Source of the DNA: a virus
Length of the DNA stretch: 41,348 bases
Strand: one strand, 5' to 3'
Virus record (IMG/VR): IMGVR_UViG_3300048609_000070
Shown here: piece after piece, positions 16,687 to 25,314 of the stretch
Layout of the letters: the number at the start of each line of letters is the position of its first letter
Numbering within the stretch: the stretch's first letter is position 1
Notes under the pieces: generated by a model
Database searches by the model: none
The model's input: the letters and a program-made list of their open reading frames with translations, nothing else
Told to the model about the DNA's origin: nothing
Position numbers and translations under genes: made by a program

Positions 16687-17211
16687 TTACTTGACTCCAA
16701 ATTCGTCTAACAACTTTATTAGTTCCTCTCCGTTCTTCTTAAATGACTTTTGGATCTCTTCTATTTTTCCTTCTGTCAGCGTAGTCTCTATCTTTGTTAT
16801 TGCAAGCTCCGTCAGACGGTTCTTATTTTTGATGTAGATCTCTTTGAGTCCTTCTTTGATTGCAACGCGCCGTAAGAGATCATCATGCTCCACAGATTGT
16901 AATGCTCCATGCTCGTAACGTGACAAGTCTTCTTCATCTATCTGCAAGAGCAGAGAAAACTCAGCAAGAGAAAGCCCAAGATTTTCTCTACAGGCAAGGA
17001 TCTTTTCAGGTTGGATCATCCCGTGTTTATCTCGGTAAGCGCGATACGCTGCAGCGGCAAAGTCAAACCCTTCAATGCCCCATTCCGCGTTACACAGCGG
17101 ACACGTGTTAAAGTGGTCCTCGTAGAGAACATCTTCGTGTCTGACCACAACTAATCTTGGCGCTACTTGTAAGGATGGCGTTATTTCTTTATCGCAGTTT
17201 GGACAAAGCAT
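16687..17211 (-). CDS. MqsA-like Zn-ribbon + XRE-HTH protein with a C-terminal extension
   Basis: CPNC...CPLC N-terminal zinc ribbon. ILACRENLGLSLAEFSLLLQIDEEDLSRYEHG is an XRE-type HTH. Same domain order as antitoxin MqsA. Confidence 0.6.
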   Translation of the reverse strand: MLCPNCDKEITPSLQVAPRLVVVRHEDVLYEDHFNTCPLCNAEWGIEGFDFAAAAYRAYRDKHGMIQPEKILACRENLGLSLAEFSLLLQIDEEDLSRYEHGALQSVEHDDLLRRVAIKEGLKEIYIKNKNRLTELAITKIETTLTEGKIEEIQKSFKKNGEELIKLLDEFGVK

Positions 17212-17213
17212 AT

Positions 17214-17525
17214 CTACTCCTCTCTTTTTGTGCAGATCCTGAGCGCGGTGTTTCGCTCAACGCCGTGGCACAGGAGCTCTTCATAGTTTGTTTTCGTGTG
17301 CCTTTGATGTGCTTTGATTGCAGCAACAATGTCATTGGGGTCGAGATGCTTCGTCTCAACCCACTTTTTCCAAACCTTTCCTCTCTTTCTGGCGTTGGCT
17401 GTCAATGCTGCTACAGCGTCGTCGAACCATTTTGGGTCCGGAATTTGGCCAAGAACCTTGGCCAAGATTTGTGCAACGAAATTTTCTGAGTAATGTGTCT
17501 CTTCTAAAAATGCTTTCCAGGTCAT
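17214..17525 (-). CDS. hypothetical 103-aa protein immediately upstream of, and coupled to, the MqsA-like gene
   Basis: Its stop overlaps the downstream start (ATGA). Basic protein with no family recognised. Confidence 0.5.
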   Translation of the reverse strand: MTWKAFLEETHYSENFVAQILAKVLGQIPDPKWFDDAVAALTANARKRGKVWKKWVETKHLDPNDIVAAIKAHQRHTKTNYEELLCHGVERNTALRICTKREE

Positions 17526-17535
17526 GACCGTCCTT

Positions 17536-18957
17536 TCACGCGAGATGCCCTACCATATTCAGGTTACCTTGACAAGCCCTTCTTGGTCCAGAGCTTATTT
17601 TTCCAAGAATATCGAGTGCCCTGTCCGCAACCTCCTGTTTGGCGACAAGGACTTGTGCCATCCGAGCGTCAATGGATCCATCGACCACGAGGTGTTGGAT
17701 AAGCACGGGATTTTTGGTGCCAATTCTGTGGCAGCGGTCCTCTGCTTGGCTCATATTCGCGGGCACCCAATCGAGCTCGGCGAAGACCACCACCGACGCG
17801 GCGGTCAAAGTGATCCCGAGTCCGGCCGCCAGGAGGGACCCGATGAAGACGCGGACTCTTGCATCCTCTTGGAATGATCGAATCAGAGCCTCCCGCTGCA
17901 TGGCCGGAGTGTCCCCGGTCAGGATCACGGCTTCTCCTTTAAAGGAGGAGGCAATCCCGTCTATGACATCATGATGATGTGCAAACACCACAACTTTTTC
18001 TTCTGTCTCCAGGATGTCTCGGACGTGCCGCACGACCTGGGGGACCTTTGACAACGCCAGGGCATGTCGGGTCCGGGCGAGTTCGCCGAAAGCCACCTGT
18101 CGCATGTCCTGGAGGCTCAGGACGGCATCCTGGTAGGCATCCCCCGTGCTCTCCCTGACCTTGGACTCAGCGCCAACGATGGCCTGCTGAATCCGGTTCC
18201 AGATGCTTTGCTCCTGAGCGACGAGATCCTTGCTCCCCTGGAGGCAAACGATCTGCCGGCGCTTGGGTGGGAGGTCCCGCAGGACTTCTGCCTTGGACCT
18301 CCGGACCATGATCGTGGACCGAAGTTTTCGTTGGAGCTCGTCCAGGTGCTCGGCTCTTCCATACCTCGCTCGGAAGCTTTCGAAGCTCCCAAATGTCACC
18401 GGGTCAAGAGCACCCGCGATTCCTTGAATCTCGGTCGGGGTGTTGAGTAAGGGCGTTCCTGACAGGAAGACTTTCTTTCGGCATTTATCGATGAGACCCG
18501 GGATCCTTTTTCCATCTATCATATACCCCAAGATTGCTTTTGTCCGTCTGGTTTTCCTGCCCTTTAGTTTGTGAACTTCATCTACAATCAAGAGATCATA
18601 GGTTCTGTTGAAGAGAGTCCCTGCAACGATCTCGTTGAGGACTTTATCGTAGTTTATGACGATGAATGTTTTGTACTCCGGGATGGGGGAGTTGTCCATC
18701 ACGACATGAAATTTCCAGTCTCTGACTAGCCACTTCTTGGCTTCATGAATCCAGTTGAGCCGGACTGTTGCTGGACAGATCACGACAACGGACTTGATTG
18801 TTGAATCCCCATTGATGATCCCGAGCGCTTGGATTGTCTTCCCAAGCCCGGGAGGGTCTGCGATCAAAACATTTTTTCTGGCCAGACCGAAAGCGATCCC
18901 ATCTTTCTGGAACGGCAGATAGGAGAGATCTTTCGGTGCGGGAATAATATTAAACAT
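17536..18957 (-). CDS. SNF2-family helicase/ATPase (helicase core only)
   Basis: Motif I LIADPPGLGKT, motif II LLIVDEVHKLKG, motif III FLSGTPLLN, motif VI QAEDRCHRIGT; 473 aa. Confidence 0.85.
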   Translation of the reverse strand: MFNIIPAPKDLSYLPFQKDGIAFGLARKNVLIADPPGLGKTIQALGIINGDSTIKSVVVICPATVRLNWIHEAKKWLVRDWKFHVVMDNSPIPEYKTFIVINYDKVLNEIVAGTLFNRTYDLLIVDEVHKLKGRKTRRTKAILGYMIDGKRIPGLIDKCRKKVFLSGTPLLNTPTEIQGIAGALDPVTFGSFESFRARYGRAEHLDELQRKLRSTIMVRRSKAEVLRDLPPKRRQIVCLQGSKDLVAQEQSIWNRIQQAIVGAESKVRESTGDAYQDAVLSLQDMRQVAFGELARTRHALALSKVPQVVRHVRDILETEEKVVVFAHHHDVIDGIASSFKGEAVILTGDTPAMQREALIRSFQEDARVRVFIGSLLAAGLGITLTAASVVVFAELDWVPANMSQAEDRCHRIGTKNPVLIQHLVVDGSIDARMAQVLVAKQEVADRALDILGKISSGPRRACQGNLNMVGHLA

Positions 18958-18966
18958 TGGTCCCTC

Positions 18967-19455
18967 CTACGCTGCAAGGTCTTTCTTCAGGTACGCCCGC
19001 GCTCTCCGGATAGCTCTCTTGTGGCGCCACGAGATGAGAGCAGGGGAACAGCCCTTTGATGGTGCGATTTCTCGGATTGTCTTTTCTTCGAGGTACATCT
19101 GAGAGAGGACTTCGACATCCTCTGGGGTCAAGTGCTGATAGATGGCATGCACATCGATCACTGCATCATTCATTGGATACTGTACTATACCAGAACGTAT
19201 ACAGGAGCAGTTCTTATTTTCTCTACACTCATGTCGGCAGGCGTCCATGATGGCAGACTTCGCGCGCATGAGAAAGAACGTGGATGGAGCAGCACCTCTT
19301 GATGGATCGTAGTCTGAAATGGATTTCATGGAGGCTTCATTTCCGATTTGTATGAGGTCTGAGATATCAAAACGGTAGGCAGTCCAGCGGAGATACTTAG
19401 CGGCGAGTCTCCTTATCTTCTGTTGGAAATCGTTTGAAGCAATCAATTCCTTCAT
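18967..19455 (-). CDS. ECF-like sigma-70 family sigma factor
   Basis: Region 2: DLIQIGNEASMKSISDYDPSRGAAPSTFFLMRAKSAIMD. Region 4 HTH: LTPEDVEVLSQMYLEEKTIREIAPSKGCSPALISWRHKRAIRRAR. RBS AAGGAGAA before ATG 19455 (the ORF track extends to 19635). Confidence 0.7.
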   Translation of the reverse strand: MKELIASNDFQQKIRRLAAKYLRWTAYRFDISDLIQIGNEASMKSISDYDPSRGAAPSTFFLMRAKSAIMDACRHECRENKNCSCIRSGIVQYPMNDAVIDVHAIYQHLTPEDVEVLSQMYLEEKTIREIAPSKGCSPALISWRHKRAIRRARAYLKKDLAA

Positions 19456-19843
19456 TTTTATTCTCCTTGTCAATAAGGTAACGAATGAGCATGGATTCTT
19501 TGACGATCCGTTTCTTGTCCTGGTCCGCGAGGAGGCCCACCGCGCGTACTTCTCCACGTGTTCTGACTGTAATTTCCATTCCCCAGACAGCGGGACCCCA
19601 ACCAAATGGATGGCTGGAGAGACGGACTTGCGCAAGCTCGTCGTAGCTCTTGCCTGAGTCTATTTTTCGTTTGTCTTCTGGTGAGCATGGCATTGCCAAG
19701 ACGCCCTCAAAATCGCCATCGACATAGAGGAGCCTTATTCTGCATGCATCTTCGGGTTCTCGAACGATTTGTTTCAATTCTGCAAGGGTCTGATAGGGGA
19801 AATCCTCTTTGTTTATTTCGGGCTTTGTGTAGGTCTTTTTCAT
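19397..19843 (-). CDS. hypothetical protein; its start codon abuts the IS left end
   Basis: 148 aa beginning MKKTY. No RBS directly upstream. A perfect AAAGGAGG lies on the far side of the IS at 21255-21262. Confidence 0.55.
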   Translation of the reverse strand: MKKTYTKPEINKEDFPYQTLAELKQIVREPEDACRIRLLYVDGDFEGVLAMPCSPEDKRKIDSGKSYDELAQVRLSSHPFGWGPAVWGMEITVRTRGEVRAVGLLADQDKKRIVKESMLIRYLIDKENKNEGIDCFKRFPTEDKETRR

Positions 19844-19939
19844 CGGAAATTCGCCCGGGCGGAGACTCTGGCGTTTACGCCGGTGAGGAGCCCGGGCCTC
19901 CTTTCTCTGTCGTTATATGCCTTCCTGATCTGAATTCGC

Positions 19940-19969
19940 TTGACTTGTCTATAGATGCCAATCTATACT
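19940..19969 (+). promoter_or_regulatory. tnpB promoter TTGACT-18-TATACT
   Basis: -35 at 19940-19945 and -10 at 19964-19969, 8 bp before ATG 19977. Confidence 0.4.
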
Positions 19970-19976
19970 TTGACCC

Positions 19977-21233
19977 ATGCAGATTCGCAAGGGATTCCGC
20001 TACCGCATCTACCCTTCGCCCGAGCAGATCGAACGACTCGGGCAGTGGGAGAATGCGCTTCGGTTTCTTTGGAACCTCGCTCTCGATCAGCGTCTTTTGT
20101 GCCTCAACCGGACGCGGTACAACCGGGTCTTTCTGACAGCCTTCGACCAGATTAACGAACTGACCGAACTCCGTAAGGAAGTCGCTTGGCTCGCTGACGT
20201 TCCCAGGAACGTTTGTGCTCAGCTTCTGGTCGAGCTCGATAGGTCCTGGCAGCGCTGCTTCAAACGCATCGCAAAACAACCCCGCTGGAAGAAGAAGGGC
20301 CGGGACTCTATCGGGATCTGCGAGCCCCATCCGAAGGTGTGGCAGCTGGATGGGCGTACATTGCGCTTTCCCAAGCTCGGGGCAATCCCTGTAGTGCTGC
20401 ACCGGCCGCTCGAAGGCAAGCCCAAGACATGCACCATCCGCCGTGATGGGGACCAGTGGTTTGTGAGTATCTCGTGCGAGGTCGATGTGGCAGATCCTGT
20501 CCCTTCCAACAAACCCGCGATTGGCTTGGATCGGGGCGTCGTCAATCTGATCGCCGGTTCTGACGGGCGGCTCGTTCCCAACCCAAGACATCTCTCGGGA
20601 ACCCAGCGGCGGCTCCAACGAGCCCAACGGGTGGTGGCGAGAAGAAGAAGGGGTTCGAAGAATCAAACGAAAGCCAAGGGCCGCGTTGCCAGGCTGCATC
20701 GCAAAGTCCGCAGGCAGCGCGAGCACATCCTCCACGTCGAGTCCCACCGCATCGCCAAGAGCCACGGCCGTGTGGTGGTTGAAAAGCTCGATGTGAGGAA
20801 CATGTCCCGAAGTGCCAAGGGGACACTCGAAGTCCCGGGCAAGCGTGTGAAGCAGAAGGCCGGGTTGAACCGGGCCATCCTGGATTCGGGATGGGGCGCG
20901 TTCGTGGTCATGCTGCGGTACAAATTGGCCTGGGCCGGAGGGGTGCTGGTCGAGGTCCCCGCTGCCTACAGCTCGCAGACCTGCTTTCTCTGCGGGGCGG
21001 TAGATCCCCGAAGCCGTGTGTCGCAGTCGGAGTTTCGCTGCACGGCTTGCGGGCATGAAGCACACGCGGACATCAACGCGGCGAAAGTGTTGCTCAGCCG
21101 AGGAAACCTCGGTGGTGCTGTCTGTGGAGGATCCGCTGAAGTAGGGCGTCCTGTGAAGCAGGAACTCCGCGTCGTGAGGCGTGGACAACGGTCTAAGCAT
21201 GGTTCAGAGCTTCTCCAAAGCTCGGGCCTTTAG
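19977..21233 (+). CDS. tnpB: TnpB (OrfB) RuvC-like RNA-guided nuclease of IS200/IS605 family
   Basis: N-terminus FRYRIYPSPEQ. RuvC-I GLDRGV. Zn finger CFLCG...CTACGHEAHADINAAKVL. 418 aa. Confidence 0.85.
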   Translation: MQIRKGFRYRIYPSPEQIERLGQWENALRFLWNLALDQRLLCLNRTRYNRVFLTAFDQINELTELRKEVAWLADVPRNVCAQLLVELDRSWQRCFKRIAKQPRWKKKGRDSIGICEPHPKVWQLDGRTLRFPKLGAIPVVLHRPLEGKPKTCTIRRDGDQWFVSISCEVDVADPVPSNKPAIGLDRGVVNLIAGSDGRLVPNPRHLSGTQRRLQRAQRVVARRRRGSKNQTKAKGRVARLHRKVRRQREHILHVESHRIAKSHGRVVVEKLDVRNMSRSAKGTLEVPGKRVKQKAGLNRAILDSGWGAFVVMLRYKLAWAGGVLVEVPAAYSSQTCFLCGAVDPRSRVSQSEFRCTACGHEAHADINAAKVLLSRGNLGGAVCGGSAEVGRPVKQELRVVRRGQRSKHGSELLQSSGL

Positions 21234-21260
21234 GCCGGGGTAGTTTACGGGAGCCTCCTT
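21080..21260 (+). ncRNA. predicted omegaRNA (reRNA) scaffold spanning the 3' end of tnpB and the right end
   Basis: Inferred from the known TnpB architecture; only the right-end hairpins are seen directly. Confidence 0.3.
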
Positions 21261-21278
21261 TTGGGTGGGAAGGCTAAC

Positions 21279-21950
21279 TTACTTGAAAGAAAGAGGCAAG
21301 AGAAATTTTCGGTAGAATTCCTTGACGTTCTCAAAGTTCCGAGGAGCGAAGTGTCCCGTGGCGTAACGCCGTTTCCCTACGAGTCTGACCTTCACGGACT
21401 TTGCATAAGCGATCTTCCGGATTTGACTTGGTGTAATTTTGTAGAAGGCAAAATCTAAAATAAATCGTAGCCCGGAATCTACGACATCTTGCTGTGCTCC
21501 TTCAGTTTTTAGCTTTATTACTTTTCCATCCACGATGAGTTGCAGCGATTCACCGTCTGCAATGAAGAGACCGGCGTCACTCCGGAATGTTGCGGCAACG
21601 CTGATGTAAACGTAGCCCGTATCGAATTTGTGTACGTAAATGTCAAACCCGATTGGTAAGGAACTCTTGTCTTTATCATCTGACAAGATGAAATTTTTCT
21701 GCATGGAATTCGAAGTCATTTTGTCGAATTCGTCGTACTTGGATTTGTACTCCATGCTTGTTCCCGCGTAGTCAATTTCATCATCAATGTCATCATTCGA
21801 TGTTTCGTGTTGTCCAAGCTTCGTCTCTAGATTTTTTATTTCTTCTTGACGCTCCTTGATCTGCGTATTGAGATCTTTTACTCCCAGCGGTTGAGCGCTG
21901 GCTGCCATCGCGTGAAGCGTGGCAACGATCACACAAAAAATGTTCTTCAT
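21279..21950 (-). CDS. secreted protein, unknown function
   Basis: Signal peptide MKNIFCVIVATLHAMAASA; 223 aa. Confidence 0.6.
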   Translation of the reverse strand: MKNIFCVIVATLHAMAASAQPLGVKDLNTQIKERQEEIKNLETKLGQHETSNDDIDDEIDYAGTSMEYKSKYDEFDKMTSNSMQKNFILSDDKDKSSLPIGFDIYVHKFDTGYVYISVAATFRSDAGLFIADGESLQLIVDGKVIKLKTEGAQQDVVDSGLRFILDFAFYKITPSQIRKIAYAKSVKVRLVGKRRYATGHFAPRNFENVKEFYRKFLLPLSFK

Positions 21951-21961
21951 AACTTTCTCCT

Positions 21962-22192
21962 TTAGTACGTTCTTTTTTTATAGGGAATGCGTCTTTCGAG
22001 GTAGGCAACCCGATGCTCCAAAGCGTCACATCTAGCTTCCAGCTCATTAGCTCTTGCCTCAAGCTGTTCTTGCTCAGTCACGATGTCATCGACAACGCAT
22101 GCGAAGACATCTAGAATAAGCTGCTTTTCTTTTTTTGGGAGGTTGCAGTAGTTGACCAGCGGGATGATCACGTGTTCGAGCGCTTCGCGCAT
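21962..22192 (-). CDS. small coiled-coil protein
   Basis: 76 aa, heptad-like EQLEARANELEARCDALEHRVAYLERR. Confidence 0.45.
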   Translation of the reverse strand: MREALEHVIIPLVNYCNLPKKEKQLILDVFACVVDDIVTEQEQLEARANELEARCDALEHRVAYLERRIPYKKRTY

Positions 22193-22208
22193 GCTTTATC
22201 CTCGAAGT

Positions 22209-22856
22209 TTAGTTGACGTTTAGTCCTATCTCTTCTCCGCATTCTACACAAATCAAAGGTTCCGGGCAAGCACCACGTTCTTTAATCGTGCTTCCTACTA
22301 TTTCTTTCGAAAGTTTCGAGTTGGCCCACAGCACGCCAAGGCGTTGCAAGGGCCGGTTTGAATTCCAGTATAGTGCCTCCCCATCTGGAAATTGCTTTGG
22401 CGCACAATCCGCGCAAACAAACTGGCATTCCTTTGAAGCGTTTTTACCACAGGAACAATAACCAAGGAGCAAACGCCAGCCATCGCAGGTATGAACGTAA
22501 CCCAAAGACTCCGCAACGTCCGTTGTTGCGGGATCTGCGCCCCATCCATCTTCAATTCGAGATGCATCATTGAACTCTTCTTCTGCCTTTTCGATGTCTC
22601 CAGACTCATGCGATTCAATTGCTGACTTTATACAATCTTCATAACTTTCGGCGGAGTCCCATATTTCCATTTCTTCCTGGACGAGACACATAGCATCTTC
22701 CATCGAAATTTCCTCGTATATTTCTTGGAAGATCTGAAAGATTTCCTCGAACTCTTCATTGCGGAAGTGCTCGGCAATCTTTTTGAATTCTTCACCATTA
22801 AACCTCTGGCTTATGCTATGGAACCATTCTTCCTTTGTCTCGTATTTTACTGCCAT
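22209..22856 (-). CDS. hypothetical acidic protein with a Cys-rich C-terminus
   Basis: 215 aa; CSCG...CADC...CVEC. Confidence 0.55.
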   Translation of the reverse strand: MAVKYETKEEWFHSISQRFNGEEFKKIAEHFRNEEFEEIFQIFQEIYEEISMEDAMCLVQEEMEIWDSAESYEDCIKSAIESHESGDIEKAEEEFNDASRIEDGWGADPATTDVAESLGYVHTCDGWRLLLGYCSCGKNASKECQFVCADCAPKQFPDGEALYWNSNRPLQRLGVLWANSKLSKEIVGSTIKERGACPEPLICVECGEEIGLNVN

Positions 22857-22865
22857 GACTTCCTC

Positions 22866-23174
22866 CTATGGAATTTCTTTTAGTAGCCTTTGGATATCGC
22901 GTTCCGTGAGGGAGACATTTTCTCCTTCATCGTCGATTCTTACGATGAAGAAAGTCCCGTAAACTAGATCGAGATTTGGAATCACACGGTTTGCTTCCTT
23001 CGTGTATCGGCCTGTGCTATGACATATGACCATGAGACTCGGAAAGTTTGGAACAGCCCAACCTTCAATGTACCCTTCGACAACCTCTTGTGAAGCTTCC
23101 AAGGTGTTGTCAATCTCGGTCAGGATGGGTGGGAGTCCTACTTTGTAAACAAGCACTTTGATTTTTTTTGTCAC
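22866..23174 (-). CDS. hypothetical protein
   Basis: 102 aa, tightly packed with neighbouring genes. Confidence 0.5.
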   Translation of the reverse strand: MTKKIKVLVYKVGLPPILTEIDNTLEASQEVVEGYIEGWAVPNFPSLMVICHSTGRYTKEANRVIPNLDLVYGTFFIVRIDDEGENVSLTERDIQRLLKEIP

Positions 23175-23175
23175 T

Positions 23176-23379
23176 TTAGAACCTGCTTTCCATGACGTAA
23201 AGAACCGTGTGAAGTTTCAGGATCTCTTTCCCGATTTGCCGTCTATAGCTTGTTAGCTCTGAAACTTTTTCGTCGTCTTCCAAATCTTTCAGGATGTCCA
23301 TGGATGACGAGACAAATTCCATATGGCCAAGCAGCTCTTTGATCTTGTCCATGAGCATCCTTTCTAAATCTCTGTGCAT
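23176..23379 (-). CDS. hypothetical small protein
   Basis: 67 aa; RBS AAAAGGAGG upstream. Confidence 0.45.
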   Translation of the reverse strand: MHRDLERMLMDKIKELLGHMEFVSSSMDILKDLEDDEKVSELTSYRRQIGKEILKLHTVLYVMESRF

Positions 23380-23403
23380 TTTAGCCTCCTTTTGATTTCC
23401 AGC

Positions 23404-23431
23404 GGAGGGATGGAACTAAGTTCCATCCTCC
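23404..23431 (-). other. intergenic stem-loop GGAGGGATGGAAC-TAA-GTTCCATCCTCC (no U-tract)
   Basis: 12-bp imperfect inverted repeat between genes 23451-23822 and 23176-23379, just upstream of the latter's RBS. Confidence 0.35.
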
Positions 23432-23450
23432 CGTTGAATATCAATACTTT

Positions 23451-23822
23451 TTAGTTGGCCATTTCTGATTTTTCGGCGCTCAAAAGCCCGACAATTTTCT
23501 GTTCTAGCTTCTGGTCAATTTCGTCCGCAGCTTTTTCCATGCCATTCCGGATCAGATGGAACACTGTTGTAACTTCCGGTCCTTCTACATCCAATTCGAG
23601 TGCTTCAAATGCGCCAGTGAATGCCATGTGCATTTTGAGAAATGGATGGTCGGGATCTCCTGGGAAGAATCGGCCTGTCGAGTCCACGGCTACCAGGTAG
23701 AATCCACCTTTCTTCGCAGCCACAATCTCCCATCGTGTGACATCGGCGTCTATCGTGCATCCTTTCCGGATTGCCTCAGCGTCTTCTTTTGTTTCAGCGT
23801 GGACCCAATATTTATTTTCCAT
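23451..23822 (-). CDS. hypothetical protein
   Basis: 123 aa. Confidence 0.5.
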   Translation of the reverse strand: MENKYWVHAETKEDAEAIRKGCTIDADVTRWEIVAAKKGGFYLVAVDSTGRFFPGDPDHPFLKMHMAFTGAFEALELDVEGPEVTTVFHLIRNGMEKAADEIDQKLEQKIVGLLSAEKSEMAN

Positions 23823-24093
23823 GTTTAGCTCCTTTAGGTTTTACAAAGAAGAGGGTTCCATACCCTCTCCTTATGAATTCGTTCAGATCAACTCCCAGCG
23901 CATCAGCTTCCAGACTGCCCGGCCAGAAGCCTGTCCAGCGGGCGAAGAACCGATCATGATCCTCGCAACCGCAACCAATAAATTGTCCACCGCAAGAGCT
24001 GCAGCGCTCAACATCACAATTCCCTTTGTGGATTTCTCCTGGTCTGACTCCGCAGTCTGGGCAATTTCTCGATACCGGGACCTTCTTTGCCAT
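23812..24093 (-). CDS. Cys-rich Zn-binding small protein
   Basis: CPDC...CDVERC...CGCEDH; 93 aa. Confidence 0.5.
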   Translation of the reverse strand: MAKKVPVSRNCPDCGVRPGEIHKGNCDVERCSSCGGQFIGCGCEDHDRFFARWTGFWPGSLEADALGVDLNEFIRRGYGTLFFVKPKGAKHGK

Positions 24094-24205
24094 GTTTCGT
24101 TCCTCCTTAGTCTTCCAGTTCTCGCGTGTGCTTTAACACCTAGCTCTTTTTCGTTTTTGCAGTGTGGGCACTGTAAATCTATCAGCTAATTTTTGTTAGC
24201 CATTT

Positions 24206-24421
24206 TTATTCCTCCTCTTTGAATTCGATCAGGCCCATAATCAGAGCGTTCTCTGCGCCAACAACATTGTTATTTTTGCAGTCCGGGCAATCGTAGTGAT
24301 CCGCGTCTGGTTCTGTGCAATCTCTTGTGAACTCCTCGCAATCTGGACAAAACCCCAGATACGATTCTGCGGCTTCCTCGTAATCAGACAATGTTACCAT
24401 TGTAACTTTGAAGGCAACCAT
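24206..24421 (-). CDS. Zn-ribbon small acidic protein
   Basis: CPDC...CPDC; 71 aa. Confidence 0.5.
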   Translation of the reverse strand: MVAFKVTMVTLSDYEEAAESYLGFCPDCEEFTRDCTEPDADHYDCPDCKNNNVVGAENALIMGLIEFKEEE

Positions 24422-24423
24422 GT

Positions 24424-24708
24424 TTAGCTTCCCTCCACGAAATACAGAATGATCCTGTTCAGATCTTCCACGTACACATCATTGATTTCTTTCAGAACAA
24501 CGATGTCATACGTTTTCTTGTTCACCTCGTACAAGCGGACAAGGTAAGTGTCCGATGGTTCCAGCTCCACCGTGATGGCCAGTTGCTTTCCTTTGGGCGA
24601 TTGAATCTGAAATTGGATCCCTTTCTTTGTGAGCATTGGATGCTTGGCTCCAACAGTCCATTTCGTATTTTTTCCGATCTGCTTCCAGATGATTTCTCCC
24701 GGCTTCAT
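24424..24708 (-). CDS. hypothetical protein
   Basis: Internal ATG at 24708 forms an ATGA overlap with the upstream gene's stop; 94 aa. Confidence 0.45.
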   Translation of the reverse strand: MKPGEIIWKQIGKNTKWTVGAKHPMLTKKGIQFQIQSPKGKQLAITVELEPSDTYLVRLYEVNKKTYDIVVLKEINDVYVEDLNRIILYFVEGS

Positions 24709-25049
24709 GACTTTTCCTTTTCTTTGACTCGGCGTTGGCACTCTTCGACGATGGCTTGGCAACAACTATCTACAAAAGTAAAAGGATCGTCACCTAATTC
24801 GTAACGCTCCACAATTTCGGAGATGAACTCTTTATCATCGGAGGACAGACCTTCTTTTGCTGTCAATTCTATGCATGACGGATCGGGCCAACTTTCCATG
24901 ATCATCGATACGATTGCATCGATGAAATCGTTGTGGCTGACAACAGAATGACATGTCTGATATCCAAGTAACTTTCGATGTTGGAGTAAATATCCAAGCA
25001 CGCAACTGGGGTGCCAACTGTATTCTTTCATGATCTCCTCCTCTTTCAA
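24705..25049 (-). CDS. hypothetical protein
   Basis: RBS GAGGAGGAG before ATG; 114 aa. Confidence 0.5.
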   Translation of the reverse strand: MKEEEIMKEYSWHPSCVLGYLLQHRKLLGYQTCHSVVSHNDFIDAIVSMIMESWPDPSCIELTAKEGLSSDDKEFISEIVERYELGDDPFTFVDSCCQAIVEECQRRVKEKEKS

Positions 25050-25060
25050 GTTCTCCCCTC

Positions 25061-25104
25061 GGGATTCTCAGGAATCCCCAAGGGAATCCTCGAACGGATT
25101 CCTT
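25061..25104. promoter_or_regulatory. two adjacent palindromes GGGATTC-N4-GAATCCC and AGGGAATCC-N6-GGATTCCTT (four GGAATCC-type half-sites)
   Basis: Read directly in the 68-bp gap upstream of 24705-25049. Confidence 0.4.
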
Positions 25105-25116
25105 TGTTTATTTAGG

Positions 25117-25302
25117 CTACAATCCAGCCCTGCGGTCTTCCTGCAGTTGTCTGACATGATTTGTCAGTGTGGCTACTTGCGCCTGTAGCTCAAGGATTGC
25201 TTTCTCGAACCGGTCTATGACTTGCTCCGCGTTATCCGCTAAATCGTTTGTGTCACTGAGCGGTTTGACAGAATCACGAAAAATTTTTGATAGCTTTGAC
25301 AT
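25117..25302 (-). CDS. small coiled-coil protein
   Basis: 61 aa. Confidence 0.45.
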   Translation of the reverse strand: MSKLSKIFRDSVKPLSDTNDLADNAEQVIDRFEKAILELQAQVATLTNHVRQLQEDRRAGL

Positions 25303-25314
25303 TTAGTTCCTCCT

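Larger units (their letters stand above)
19846..21252 (+). mobile_element. IS200/IS605-family element, IS1341-like (tnpB only); ends approximate
   Basis: Sharp rise to about 60% GC. Subterminal hairpins GGCG-TTTA-CGCC near the left end and GGCC-TTTA-GGCC / GTAGTTTACGGG near the right end. Encodes a single TnpB. Confidence 0.65.

Noticed and set aside
19875-21200. 441-aa ORF on the minus strand across the IS
   Set aside because: It is antisense to the well-supported tnpB. Its Arg/Pro/Gly-rich composition is the typical high-GC antisense artefact, and it has no RBS.
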